From the NCBI GenBank assembly GCA_913009335.1, contig CAJVXN010000006.1, positions 562-64,561 of the forward strand: a stretch of 64,000 nucleotides of DNA, given 5' to 3'. Below are positions 26,230 to 35,559 of the stretch, one piece after another. The DNA is from an uncultured bacterium. GTDB taxonomy: Bacteria > Omnitrophota > Gorgyraeia > Ghiorseimicrobiales > Ghiorseimicrobiaceae. Under the pieces are notes generated by a model. That model did not search any database, had not been told where the DNA came from, and was given only the letters and a program-made list of their open reading frames with translations. Both the position numbers and the translations under genes were made by a program. Position 1 is the stretch's first letter; each line of letters starts with the position of its first letter.

Positions 26230-26267
26230 AACAAAAACTCCGTAAGTCATTTACGGAGTTTTTTGTT
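26230..26267. terminator. Bidirectional intrinsic terminator after rpoD
   Basis: AACAAAAACTCCGTAA-gtcat-TTACGGAGTTTTTTGTT. Confidence 0.75.
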
Positions 26268-26366
26268 GATGATATCTATCTCTAATGGTACAATATTTGA
26301 AATAATTGATTTAAAAGATTAACGCATAGATACCTTAAAATCTTTTAAGAGAACAACCGAAAATAC

Positions 26367-27659
26367 ATGCTAGGCACATTAATCCTTGTTGATATAATAA
26401 TTTTAGCTATTGGCATAGTTGCGGGTTTTAAAATATCCCAGCTTTTGTTTCAGAAAAAGATAAAACTTTCATTTGTAAACGATCGTAATCCCCCTGAGAC
26501 ACTTAAGGATCCTCCAAAAGATACCAAGGTTATAAAAATCCAAGCTGATACACAGCAATATAGTATTGAAGATAAAATCTGGCATGAAGAAGAGACAGCG
26601 TTTGTGTTTGATTTACATGAAGATCTTTCCTTTAAGCGAGATAAGAGTGAAATCATAAGATCGATTACTGATAGCGTACATAAGTTTCTATCTGTTAAAA
26701 ATACCGTATTTATTTCCACGGATAAGAATAGCGATAAGCTAAAACTTGAATACGCCGTAGGTTTGAATAATAAATTGGTTAAAGATTTATCGTTAAATAA
26801 AGATGAAAGCATATCGGGCTTTGTGATTGCGCAAGCAAAGCCGCTATGGATGAAAAATTTATTTGAGAATGATTATTTGAACCGCATGAATCAAGAATAT
26901 TATCTCGGAAAGTCTTTTATAAGTATTCCGATTATGTTTCATAATGAAGTAATGGGTGTGCTGCACGTCTGTAATAAGGTCCCCGAAAGAGAGTTTACGC
27001 AGCGCGACTTTTCATTTTTGGTTAATATCGGCCGGGTAAGTGCTATCGCGCTAAAGAATGCAAGACTTCAGGAGCAAATAGAAAATGATTATTTAAAAAC
27101 CATGACTACACTTGCCGCAACTATTGATGCTAGAGACCATTATACCAAGTGGCATTCAGAAAATGTCGCTCGTTACTCACTAGCAATTGCCGAAAAAATG
27201 GATTGTAATCATCAATTTAATATAGTTTTAGAGCGCGCAGCACTACTTCATGATATCGGAAAAATCGGAATACGCGATAATGTCCTGCTTAAACCTGATA
27301 AGCTTACTTCTGATGAATTTAAACAAATTAAGCGTCATTCCGCAATAGGCGATCAAATGATAAGCTCTTTATCTTTTCTTGAAGAGGCGGCTATTTTAAT
27401 AAGGCAACATCATGAACGTTGTGATGGTTCAGGTTATCCGGATGGGATTAAGGCTGATGAGATCAAATTGGGGGCAAAAATCTTAGCCGTAGCAGATACT
27501 TTTGACGCGATGTTTTCAGATAGGCCATATCGAAAAGGTATGTCGATAACGGCAAGCATGCGCGAACTTTTAGAGGCGAAAAACTCAAAATTAGATCCCA
27601 AAGTTGTCGATTGTTTTTTACGAATTATAAAAGATGATTCTGAAATTCTCAGAAAATGA
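26367..27659 (+). CDS. GAF + HD-GYP phosphodiesterase
   Basis: GAF (IPIMFHNEVMGVLHV), HDIGK, HHERCDGSGYPDG, ADTFDAM, DRPYR. Confidence 0.92.
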   Translation: MLGTLILVDIIILAIGIVAGFKISQLLFQKKIKLSFVNDRNPPETLKDPPKDTKVIKIQADTQQYSIEDKIWHEEETAFVFDLHEDLSFKRDKSEIIRSITDSVHKFLSVKNTVFISTDKNSDKLKLEYAVGLNNKLVKDLSLNKDESISGFVIAQAKPLWMKNLFENDYLNRMNQEYYLGKSFISIPIMFHNEVMGVLHVCNKVPEREFTQRDFSFLVNIGRVSAIALKNARLQEQIENDYLKTMTTLAATIDARDHYTKWHSENVARYSLAIAEKMDCNHQFNIVLERAALLHDIGKIGIRDNVLLKPDKLTSDEFKQIKRHSAIGDQMISSLSFLEEAAILIRQHHERCDGSGYPDGIKADEIKLGAKILAVADTFDAMFSDRPYRKGMSITASMRELLEAKNSKLDPKVVDCFLRIIKDDSEILRK

Positions 27660-27673
27660 TAAGGAGGAGTTAA

Positions 27674-28495
27674 GTGAATAGATATAGAAGTTTTATTATT
27701 GCATCTGTATTATGTTTTTACGCTTCGTTATCTTATGCTGCCAGTATCGGTAATCCAATTAAGCCGGTAGGTCATTTAAAATTTGCCGTAGGTACTGAGG
27801 CGAATTTTGTTTTAGATCGCGAGCTGGAATTAACCGGTGAAACTACATCGGGAGCTAGCTTTAATGAATTTGAGCTCTCTAAGGTTACCGAGGGATATAC
27901 CAAGTTAATACTAGGCATTACTGATTATGTTAATGTTTTTATGCGTCTTGGCGCTACCAAGATAAACGGTTTAGAAATTAAATTATCATCCGGGGAAGAT
28001 ATTTCTATAGAGACAGATAGCACCTTTTCATATGCCTTTGGCGCAAATGCGGTTTATCAGATTCATAGTGATGAGTTGCATTTTATAGATTTAGACAACA
28101 ATTTTATATATTTTATTGGTTTAGGGGGCGAATTTTCTTTCTTTGATGCTGATGCGACTGAGCTTTATGTATCAGGCCTAAACGTGACAAATACATCTGG
28201 CCAGATAGAAAGCACACAATATCAAATCAATATATTTAGCGGTATCGAATTTATTTTAGATGAAAATTGTTCCCTTATTCCGTATATCGGCGGATTCTGG
28301 GATGGGTTAAATCTTAAAACCGGAAAAATCACTTATTCGTCTAATGATCACATTAGTTTTGATGCGAAAGCAGACGATCAATTTGGATTTGCCGTAGGCT
28401 TGGATGTGAAGCTTTCAGATAATGTAGGCGTAAATATTGAAGCGAAGTTTTTAGGCGCGCAAGTAATGAGTGCCGGCGGAATAATAAAGTTTTAA
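27674..28495 (+). CDS. Putative outer-membrane beta-barrel protein
   Basis: Signal peptide, alternating beta strands, C-terminal Phe. Confidence 0.65.
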   Translation: MNRYRSFIIASVLCFYASLSYAASIGNPIKPVGHLKFAVGTEANFVLDRELELTGETTSGASFNEFELSKVTEGYTKLILGITDYVNVFMRLGATKINGLEIKLSSGEDISIETDSTFSYAFGANAVYQIHSDELHFIDLDNNFIYFIGLGGEFSFFDADATELYVSGLNVTNTSGQIESTQYQINIFSGIEFILDENCSLIPYIGGFWDGLNLKTGKITYSSNDHISFDAKADDQFGFAVGLDVKLSDNVGVNIEAKFLGAQVMSAGGIIKF

Positions 28496-28533
28496 CGGGT
28501 TAGTTAAAGCTAATTGGACAACCGGGGGACATA

Positions 28534-28791
28534 ATGAAAAAAAACTCAATGCATATATTTAAAGTATATCTAATGTGCATGCTTAAGATAACCTTGGTAT
28601 TATTTTTCTGTTTTTTCTTTATTGCTGAATGCTTTAAACCCAAAGAAGGATTTTTCGCTATCGTAACTATAGGAATTGCGTGTGTTTCAGCTATTGCATT
28701 TATGATGGCAGCTGATGTTTTTATTAAAGAGGCCCAGGCGCGTATTAGTAAAAATGATACCGATTCGAAAAATAAAAATCATGACAGATAA
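28534..28791 (+). CDS. Small two-TM hypothetical protein
   Basis: ORF with two hydrophobic helices in operon context. Confidence 0.5.
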   Translation: MKKNSMHIFKVYLMCMLKITLVLFFCFFFIAECFKPKEGFFAIVTIGIACVSAIAFMMAADVFIKEAQARISKNDTDSKNKNHDR

Positions 28792-29119
28792 CCGTAAGTA
28801 TATTCGAATTAATAAATCTTCTGAAGTAAGCTATAAAATTTTACGAAAATTCATGAAGAGCGGGACTCGAAGTTCTAATATCTCGATAGGGGGTATATGT
28901 CTGCCCACTGTCCAGAGATTAAACCCGGGTACTTTTTTAGAGCTTGAAATATCTTTTGTAGAGATTGAGAGTATTGTAAAGGCTGTAGGGGAAATAATCT
29001 GGATAAATGAAAAAAAGCAAGGTGAATCCCCTTTTGAAATCGGTATAAAATTTATCGATATTTCTCTTTCCGATGTAGAGCTTATTAATAAAATGATCCT
29101 GAATTTTAAGGAAAACTAA
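28781..29119 (+). CDS. PilZ domain protein
   Basis: NRKYIR, NISIGG, GEIIW, IGIKF. Confidence 0.88.
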   Translation: MTDNRKYIRINKSSEVSYKILRKFMKSGTRSSNISIGGICLPTVQRLNPGTFLELEISFVEIESIVKAVGEIIWINEKKQGESPFEIGIKFIDISLSDVELINKMILNFKEN

Positions 29120-29128
29120 AAAGACGAA

Positions 29129-29599
29129 ATGGCACAAAAAGAAAAAAGAAAATATGGCCGTTATAATACTGAGGTTGAAATTTATTTTCGTGTTAATTTT
29201 GATATACGTACTAAAGTAAAATATCGGTTATTAGGTAAAAAATCTCACAAACCTTTAGATGGGAATCATCTTGCATTAAGCCGTAATATAAGCGCGGAAG
29301 GCCTCTGTTTTAGTTCCAATGAGAAATTAAAAAAAGGCAGCGACCTTTATCTGGAAATTTATATACCTAAACGAAAGCATCCTATTTGCATGACAGGGGA
29401 AGTACGATGGTCTAAATGTGTCAGCGATCCTAAAAAATCCAAGTATAAATTCGATACGGGCGTCCGATTGCTGAGTGTTTCCGGAAAAGGAATTGAGCCT
29501 ACGATTTATTTTGATGATAAGCATCAAGTTATCTGGAGCGTGGTTTTAGAGTCTATTCTAGGAAGCTTCCGAAAGATTATGCAGGGGAAAGATAAATAA
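29129..29599 (+). CDS. PilZ domain protein
   Basis: EKRKYGR, NISAEG, GEVRW, TGVRL. Confidence 0.85.
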   Translation: MAQKEKRKYGRYNTEVEIYFRVNFDIRTKVKYRLLGKKSHKPLDGNHLALSRNISAEGLCFSSNEKLKKGSDLYLEIYIPKRKHPICMTGEVRWSKCVSDPKKSKYKFDTGVRLLSVSGKGIEPTIYFDDKHQVIWSVVLESILGSFRKIMQGKDK

Positions 29600-29700
29600 A
29601 CGGCATCAGCACTATTTAATAAAAATCCTCTAAATTCCCCCTTTACACGCTTTGATAAATCTGCTATTATTATTTTCTGTTAAAATTAATTATAGCTTTA

Positions 29701-29774
29701 GGGCCCATAGCTCAGTCGGTTAGAGCAGTTGACTCATAATCAATTGGTCCGGGGTTCGAGTCCCTGTGGGCCCA
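29701..29774 (+). tRNA. tRNA with CAT anticodon, probably tRNA-Ile2 (lysidine)
   Basis: Cloverleaf GGGCCCA...TGGGCCC-A; GTTGA-CT-CAT-AA-TCAAT; TTCGAGT loop; no encoded CCA. Confidence 0.9.
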
Positions 29775-29825
29775 ATTTACTTTCTACAAGTTTCTAATAA
29801 ACTCTCGGGTTTAATGATAGTTAAG

Positions 29826-29888
29826 GACCAAAAAGGGGTGTGGGGAAAGAATTTCCCCATGCTTTTAGGGTGACAGCGACAAACCTAA
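29826..29888 (+). repeat. tRNA-downstream repeat, copy 1
   Basis: GACCAAAAAGGGGTGTGGGGAAAGAATTTCCCCATGCTTTTAGGGTGACAG; second copy at 33036-33162. Confidence 0.8.
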
Positions 29889-29947
29889 GTGAGTCGCGCC
29901 AGAGGGCAAAGCCATATGGAGAGCGATGAGCGAAGCGAAGAAGTGAC

Positions 29948-30007
29948 TGGTCCGGGGTTTCCGCCACAAAGCGTTGGCGGACAGGCGAGTCCCTGTGGGC
30001 CCAATTT
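29948..30007 (+). pseudogene. Duplicated tRNA-Ile 3' half (att-like) interrupted by a 26-bp hairpin
   Basis: Identical to 29745-29778 apart from the insert at 29960-29985 in the T-loop. Confidence 0.85.
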
Positions 30008-30046
30008 TGTAAAAAATAACACCTTCCGAAACCCCCTTCCGTATAT

Positions 30047-30865
30047 ATGAATAAATATATTAAACGAATTCCCATTATAATTGTTTTATTTCTTGTAGGA
30101 TTTATCGCCTTTTTCTTGTTTTTAATGCCGAAAAATCGGATCCGTTTAGCGACTACGACATCTCTCGATAACTCCGGGCTCCTTAATGAATTACTTCCGC
30201 AGTTTGAGCAAAAAACCGGGATCAAAGTAGATGTAATCGCGGTAGGTACGGGCAAGGCCTTGAAATTAGCTGAAGGTGGGGATGTTGATATTATTTTTGT
30301 TCATGCCCCATTTGCCGAAGAAGAATTTATGCGTAAAGGGTTTGGTGTGGATAGATACGAAATTATGCATAATTTTTTCTTAATCGCAGGGCCGCCTGAT
30401 GATCCGGCAGGTATTCAACATAAAGATGCTGTATCCGCATTTAAAGCAATAGCCGAAAAAAAATATAATTTTATTTCTAGGGCAGATGAGTCAGGTACAC
30501 ATAAAAAAGAAATGCAATTATGGAAAGCGGCAAATATTACTCCTGAGGGGAGCTGGTATTTAGAAAGCGGCCAGGGCATGGGGCAGACATTGATGATTGC
30601 TGATGAAAAGCGTGCCTATTGCCTGACCGATCAAGCGACATTTAGCGCTTATAAGAAAAAGATTGCTCTTAGTATACTCGTTAGGAAGGATGAGGATCTC
30701 TTGAATCCGTATCATCTAATTGCAGTTAATCCAAAACGCCATCATAACGTAAATTATCAAGCAGCTATAAAATTAATTACCTGGTTTATTTCAGGAGAAA
30801 CGCAAGGACTTATTAAAAATTTTGCCCCTAATAATGAGATAATTTTTTATGCCAAAGATTCTTAA
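30047..30865 (+). CDS. tupA: Tungstate ABC transporter substrate-binding protein
   Basis: LATTTSLDNSGLL, AVGTGKAL, VHAP, FISRADESGT. Confidence 0.93.
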   Translation: MNKYIKRIPIIIVLFLVGFIAFFLFLMPKNRIRLATTTSLDNSGLLNELLPQFEQKTGIKVDVIAVGTGKALKLAEGGDVDIIFVHAPFAEEEFMRKGFGVDRYEIMHNFFLIAGPPDDPAGIQHKDAVSAFKAIAEKKYNFISRADESGTHKKEMQLWKAANITPEGSWYLESGQGMGQTLMIADEKRAYCLTDQATFSAYKKKIALSILVRKDEDLLNPYHLIAVNPKRHHNVNYQAAIKLITWFISGETQGLIKNFAPNNEIIFYAKDS

Positions 30866-30877
30866 AGAAGAATAATT

Positions 30878-31573
30878 ATGGAATATATTTTAAACGGTAT
30901 AAATGATGCTTTTAGGATGATATTTTCCTTAAATGCTGAAGTGCTTTCGGCAGTTTCGGTGTCATTAATGGTCTCAACTGTTGCCATTTTTTTAGCAATA
31001 CTTTTGGGCCTTCCTTTAGGCTTTATCATCGGTACAAATAGTTTTTTCGGCAAAAAAACGATCATAACAATAATGAATACACTATTGGCAGTTCCTACGG
31101 TATTTATAGGTCTTATGGTTTATTCGTTTATTTGTAGGCGGGGATTATTGGGGAATTTTGGTCTATTGTATACTCCTTGGGCAATGATAATCGGGCAGAC
31201 GATTTTAGCGTTTCCCATTGTATCCGCACTTACGCTTTCTGCCGTGTCTTCCATAGATAGACGTATTGAGAAAACAGCATTATCGTTAGGAGCAAATAAA
31301 AGACAAGTAGCGGTTTGCATATTGACTGAGGCGAGGTTTGCTATATTTTCAGCAATTATTGTAGCCTTTGGCCGCGTATTTTCCGAAGTAGGTATATCTA
31401 TGCTGCTAGGAGGAAATATTAGGTATCTTACGCGTAATATTACAACAACCATAGTGCTTGAGACCGGTAAAGGTGAATTTGCCTTAGGCATAGCCTTGGG
31501 GATTGTATTATTAACTGTTGCGTTACTGATAAACATAGTATTTAGTTATTTGCAAAGTAAAAAATCTTCTTAA
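30878..31573 (+). CDS. tupB: Tungstate ABC transporter permease
   Basis: PTVFIGL, LLYTPWAM, FGRVFSEVG, GGNI, LETGKGEF. Confidence 0.92.
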   Translation: MEYILNGINDAFRMIFSLNAEVLSAVSVSLMVSTVAIFLAILLGLPLGFIIGTNSFFGKKTIITIMNTLLAVPTVFIGLMVYSFICRRGLLGNFGLLYTPWAMIIGQTILAFPIVSALTLSAVSSIDRRIEKTALSLGANKRQVAVCILTEARFAIFSAIIVAFGRVFSEVGISMLLGGNIRYLTRNITTTIVLETGKGEFALGIALGIVLLTVALLINIVFSYLQSKKSS

Positions 31574-31575
31574 TA

Positions 31576-31623
31576 AAGACCCATCCCTTTAAAGGTAGAG
31601 GATGGTCTATCTTGCAGATTAAT
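31576..31623 (+). repeat. About 47-bp double-hairpin repeat, copy 3
   Basis: AGACCCATCCCTTTAAAGGTAGAGGATGGTCT directly before ATG 31624. Confidence 0.7.
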
Positions 31624-32637
31624 ATGAATAATATTATTTTAAAAGCTGAAAAATTACGAAAACGTCTGGATAGCGGTTTTTCTCTTGAGATTAGCAATTT
31701 ATGTTTTAAAAAAGGACAGATTTATGGATTGGTTGGTCCCAACGGAGCAGGAAAAACAACACTATTAAATATTTTAAGTCTTTTGGATAGGCCCTCTAAT
31801 GGAGAGATTTTCTTTAAAAACGAGCGTATTAGTAAGCCAAATTTATTAACAACGCGTCGAAAGATACATATGATTACGGAAAATCCCTTTCTATTTTCCG
31901 GGACAGTTTTTGATAATATCGTCTCCGGCCTCAGGTTTCGTCGTATAAGCCCAAAAAAGTGGCAGGGTTTAGTAGATAAGGCGTTAGAGGTAGTAGGGCT
32001 TGAAAACTTTAATCACAGGAACATAAGGAAGTTATCTGTAGGGGAATCTCAGCGCGTAGCACTTGCTAGAGCAATAGTTTTAAATCCGGAAATTCTTTTT
32101 CTGGATGAGCCGTTTGTAAATCTCGACCGACAGAGTATTTGTTTAATCGAAGAGTATATTCGTACCATACAAAAGAGCAATCAAACAACGATAATTTTTA
32201 CGACTCATGATTTTTATCAGGCATGGCACCTATCGAATCAAGTCATTTCATTGGTTAATGGTAGAATTGTCGAGGCACCGCTTGATAATTTTTTTGCTGG
32301 TTCTCCGGAAGAAGAGAATGGGTCATGCTTTGTGCGAATCTCAAAAAATATCCGTATTGCAATATCACAAAAAATTGATAATAGATGTAATATTTGCGTC
32401 CATCCTGAAGGTATAGTTATTTCGAAGCAAGAGTTTGATTCAAGTGCGCGTAATTCATTCAAAGGTGTGATTAAGTCTATCCATGCTGAAGATGGAATTG
32501 TCAGGGTAACTATAAGAATAGACCCATCTATTGAGCTGACAACTTTAATCACAGTCAGATCATATCGAGCTTTAAAGCTAGCTATTGATTCAGAGGTATT
32601 TGCGGTTTTTAAGGCCACCTCGGTAATAATATTTTAG
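31624..32637 (+). CDS. tupC: Tungstate/molybdate ABC transporter ATPase with TOBE domain
   Basis: GPNGAGKT, LSVGE, FLDEP, SSARN and FKATSV TOBE motifs. Confidence 0.88.
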   Translation: MNNIILKAEKLRKRLDSGFSLEISNLCFKKGQIYGLVGPNGAGKTTLLNILSLLDRPSNGEIFFKNERISKPNLLTTRRKIHMITENPFLFSGTVFDNIVSGLRFRRISPKKWQGLVDKALEVVGLENFNHRNIRKLSVGESQRVALARAIVLNPEILFLDEPFVNLDRQSICLIEEYIRTIQKSNQTTIIFTTHDFYQAWHLSNQVISLVNGRIVEAPLDNFFAGSPEEENGSCFVRISKNIRIAISQKIDNRCNICVHPEGIVISKQEFDSSARNSFKGVIKSIHAEDGIVRVTIRIDPSIELTTLITVRSYRALKLAIDSEVFAVFKATSVIIF

Positions 32638-32773
32638 CTTTATATTCTATTGATTATTTCGTATCTCTTTGGTATAATAAGACCTTTGAAATATCTAATC
32701 ATACGGATTACTAAAGCATATTCTTCTAGGTTCAATTTGGCTGCTATGCGTTAATTGATATGCTGTTTATCTT

Positions 32774-32872
32774 GGGCGCATAGCTCAGTCCCGAATGTAG
32801 AAACTTCGTAAGTCTTTCTTCGGGATGCCGAAGTATACACTTCTTGATTTACTGCATTCGGCATTGGTTAGA
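32774..32872 (+). pseudogene. Duplicated tRNA-Val 5' fragment interrupted by a 75-bp nested hairpin
   Basis: GGGCGCATAGCTCAG[32789-32863]TTGGTTAGA matches the tRNA start at 32905. Confidence 0.75.
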
Positions 32873-32904
32873 CAGGCTTTGCTATGCATGCAAGTTAAAT
32901 ATTC

Positions 32905-32978
32905 GGGCGCATAGCTCAGTTGGTTAGAGCATTTGCATCACACGCAAAGGGTCGAGGGTTCAAGTCCTTCTGCGCCCA
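32905..32978 (+). tRNA. tRNA-Val(CAC)
   Basis: GGGCGCA...TGCGCCC-A; TTTGC-AT-CAC-AC-GCAAA; TTCAAGT loop. Confidence 0.93.
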
Positions 32979-33035
32979 CTTAATTATAGCAAGTTGTTAT
33001 TTTATATAAAGTGCCGTGTTTCTAAAAAAATCCTC

Positions 33036-33162
33036 GACCCAAAGGGGTGTGGGGCACCCAGAAATTTCAAAGAAATTTCGGGTACTGTAGTCCCGGAAAT
33101 CCTTTAGGATTTCTCGGGGAAAGAATTTCTCCATGCTTTTAGGGTGACAGTGACGAACATAA
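33036..33162 (+). repeat. tRNA-downstream repeat, copy 2, with 65-bp nested insert (33055-33119)
   Basis: Matches 29826-29888 on both sides of the insert. Confidence 0.8.
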
Positions 33163-33175
33163 ACGATAATTACTA

Positions 33176-33898
33176 ATGCCACAGGCTGCAATTAAAAAAC
33201 AAACCGCTTTCTTAAAAGAGCTTCAAACTATAGATACTCAAATTTATAATTTCAAGGGGCGTCTGGACGAAATCCCGCTTGTAATCGTTGCTAGAAATAA
33301 AGAATTCCAAGAGCAAAAAACAGGTTTAAATGAATTAGAGGAAAAGCAAAAAAGACTCTTGCTTGCGCGAAAAGATAAAGAGATTGAACTTGGCGGCAAG
33401 GAAGAGAACATGAAGAAGCTTCAGGGACAACTTTATCAGCTTAAGACCAATAAAGAATACACAGCCATGATGAAGGAAATGGATGGCCTAAAAGCGGATA
33501 ATTCGCGTATTGAAGATGCGATCCTGGATATCATGCTTCAGTTAGATGTACTGAAAAATGATGTTAATAAGGAAAAAACAGCACTTGACGAAAAAGAGAA
33601 AGTACTAAACGCAGAAAAAATAAAATTATCCGATGAACAAAAAGGCATTGATCAGAAAATGGCCGTATTAAATGGTAAGCACAAGCAGATAGCAGAAAAT
33701 ATCGATAGAAAAATCTTGAAAATTTACGAGCGTATACTGAAAGGTAAGGATGGGCTCGCCTTGGTTAAAGTTATTGATGGCTCATGCCAAGGATGTTTTA
33801 TGAATGTTCGCCCGCAAACGGTTAATGAAATACGCATGTACGAACGTATAATTACTTGCGAGATGTGTTCCCGGATACTCTACGAAGATGATGATTGA
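33176..33898 (+). CDS. Coiled-coil C4 zinc-ribbon protein (CT398/HP0958-like)
   Basis: LQTIDT, TNKEYTA, CQGC...CEMCSRIL. Confidence 0.9.
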   Translation: MPQAAIKKQTAFLKELQTIDTQIYNFKGRLDEIPLVIVARNKEFQEQKTGLNELEEKQKRLLLARKDKEIELGGKEENMKKLQGQLYQLKTNKEYTAMMKEMDGLKADNSRIEDAILDIMLQLDVLKNDVNKEKTALDEKEKVLNAEKIKLSDEQKGIDQKMAVLNGKHKQIAENIDRKILKIYERILKGKDGLALVKVIDGSCQGCFMNVRPQTVNEIRMYERIITCEMCSRILYEDDD

Positions 33899-33922
33899 TA
33901 CAACTTTTGCATCTATAGATAT

Positions 33923-34345
33923 ATGAAACAAGCTGAAATATTTATCGATGGCGCATCAAAAGGTAATCCCGGGCCTAGCGGAATCGGCGTTACCATTAAA
34001 ACCACTGGTGGGCTAACTAAAGAATATTCAAAATACATCGGGGAGACTACAAATAACGTTGCTGAGTATTCCGCGCTTATATTTGCACTTGAAGAAGCGC
34101 TGATTCTGCATCTTAACAAAATAAAAGTAAATACTGATAGCGAGCTGCTCTATCGACAGATAAAGGGTGTATATCGAGTACGCAGTAGCTCTCTTTTACC
34201 TTATTACAAACAGGCTATACGCTTGATTGAAGGTTTAAGTTCTTTTGATATAACGCATATTAATCGAGAATATAATAAATGTGCGGATAAATTGGCTACA
34301 AGTGCTGTAAAAAATAAAACTAATGCCTTAGGCAATTCCTGTTAA
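33923..34345 (+). CDS. rnhA: Ribonuclease HI family
   Basis: DGASKGNPGP, TNNVAEY, DSEL, ADKLA. Confidence 0.93.
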   Translation: MKQAEIFIDGASKGNPGPSGIGVTIKTTGGLTKEYSKYIGETTNNVAEYSALIFALEEALILHLNKIKVNTDSELLYRQIKGVYRVRSSSLLPYYKQAIRLIEGLSSFDITHINREYNKCADKLATSAVKNKTNALGNSC

Positions 34346-34359
34346 TCCTTGTGATTATC

Positions 34360-34720
34360 AGATAAAAGGCAAGATGGCTACTCTTAGCGTAATTACGCTA
34401 AGAGAGGAAAGTCCGGGCTCCGGCAAGGCAACGTATCTCGATAATTTCGAGACATCCGCCTTAGGGTGGATAGGATAAGAGCCACAGAGACGAGTCTCCG
34501 TGTTTTTACGCGGAGGGTGAAACGCGGCAATCTCTACGTGGAGCAAGGTCATAAAGGAGGCGAGTCCGCCACAAACATTGGCGAGACAGGAACCAGCCTG
34601 GTTCGTTTGAGTCTCGGGTCGACTGCTTAAGATCCTGTAGCAATACGGGGTTAAAGATGAATGGTCATCATACCTGCCTGGCGACAGACAGGAACAAAAC
34701 CCGGCTTACCTTAAATATCT
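34360..34720 (+). ncRNA. rnpB: RNase P RNA (bacterial type A)
   Basis: GAGGAAAGTCCGGGCTCC, GCCACAGA, GGGTGAAACG, GGAGCAAG, AGATGAATG, ACAAAACCCGGCTTA. Confidence 0.95.
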
Positions 34721-34800
34721 AAGGCATTAGTTCTATAAAATTTTTATGTTTACAATAAATATTACAATAGTTAATATGTGGAATAGAGGAGGATAAAAAT

Positions 34801-35550
34801 ATGTCAGGTCATTCAAAATGGGCAAGTATTAAACACAAAAAAGCTGCTACCGATGCTAAGCGCGGAGCATTATTTACAAAATTAATCAAGGAAATAAGTA
34901 TTGCAGCAAGGCAGGGTGGAGGAAGCATGGAAACCAACGCTGCGCTGCGTACAGCGGTTCAAAAGGCAAAAGGCAGTAATATGCCTTCCGATAATATAGA
35001 TCGCGCAATAAAAAAAGGCACGGGAGAGCTTCCCGGGGTTGTATACGAGTCGATAGTCTATGAAGGCTATGGCCCTGGAGGGGTAGCAATACTGGTTGAA
35101 GCCGTAACTGATAATAAAAACCGCGCATCAGCTGAAATACGCAATATTTTTTCTAAAAAAGGCGGTAATATGGCGGGGGCCGGATCAGTCAACTGGATGT
35201 TTACAAAAAAAGGATACATCCTAATAGCAAAAGATGCTTCAAGTGAAGAAGCACTTATGGATATCGTAATTAATGCTGGTGCTGAAGATATGAAGGTAGA
35301 GGGTGATTCCTACGAAATCATAAGTGGCCCTTCAGATTTTGAAGCAGTTAAACAGGCCTTAAGTGATAATAATATACCGACACAGACAGCTGAGCTTACA
35401 ATGATACCCAATTCTACCGTTAAGGTTACCGGACAAAGCGCAGGCACTCTTATTTCTCTGGTCGAAACGCTGGAGGAGCATGAAGATGTGCAAAAAGTCC
35501 ATGCGAATTTTGATATTCCGGATGAAGAATTAGAAAAAGCAAGCGAGTAG
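34801..35550 (+). CDS. YebC/PmpR family protein
   Basis: MSGHSKWASIKHKK, YEGYGPGG, TDNKNR. Confidence 0.96.
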   Translation: MSGHSKWASIKHKKAATDAKRGALFTKLIKEISIAARQGGGSMETNAALRTAVQKAKGSNMPSDNIDRAIKKGTGELPGVVYESIVYEGYGPGGVAILVEAVTDNKNRASAEIRNIFSKKGGNMAGAGSVNWMFTKKGYILIAKDASSEEALMDIVINAGAEDMKVEGDSYEIISGPSDFEAVKQALSDNNIPTQTAELTMIPNSTVKVTGQSAGTLISLVETLEEHEDVQKVHANFDIPDEELEKASE

Positions 35551-35559
35551 ATTGCTTAA

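Noticed and set aside
26212-26290. Fourth 123-bp element after rpoD (TTAGATAG...CTATCTCTAATGG)
   Set aside because: Only a partial TIR-like match, no CCCC/GGGG ends or target duplication, wrong length; the inner hairpin is explained as a terminator
29701-29774. Initiator tRNA-fMet
   Set aside because: Has a paired G1-C72 and lacks the three consecutive G-C pairs in the anticodon stem
32774-32872. Intron-containing functional tRNA
   Set aside because: Similarity ends after the D-loop; no anticodon arm, T-arm or acceptor 3' strand follows
33036-33162. 6S RNA
   Set aside because: Explained as a second copy of the tRNA-downstream repeat with a nested insert; no long rod with a central bubble
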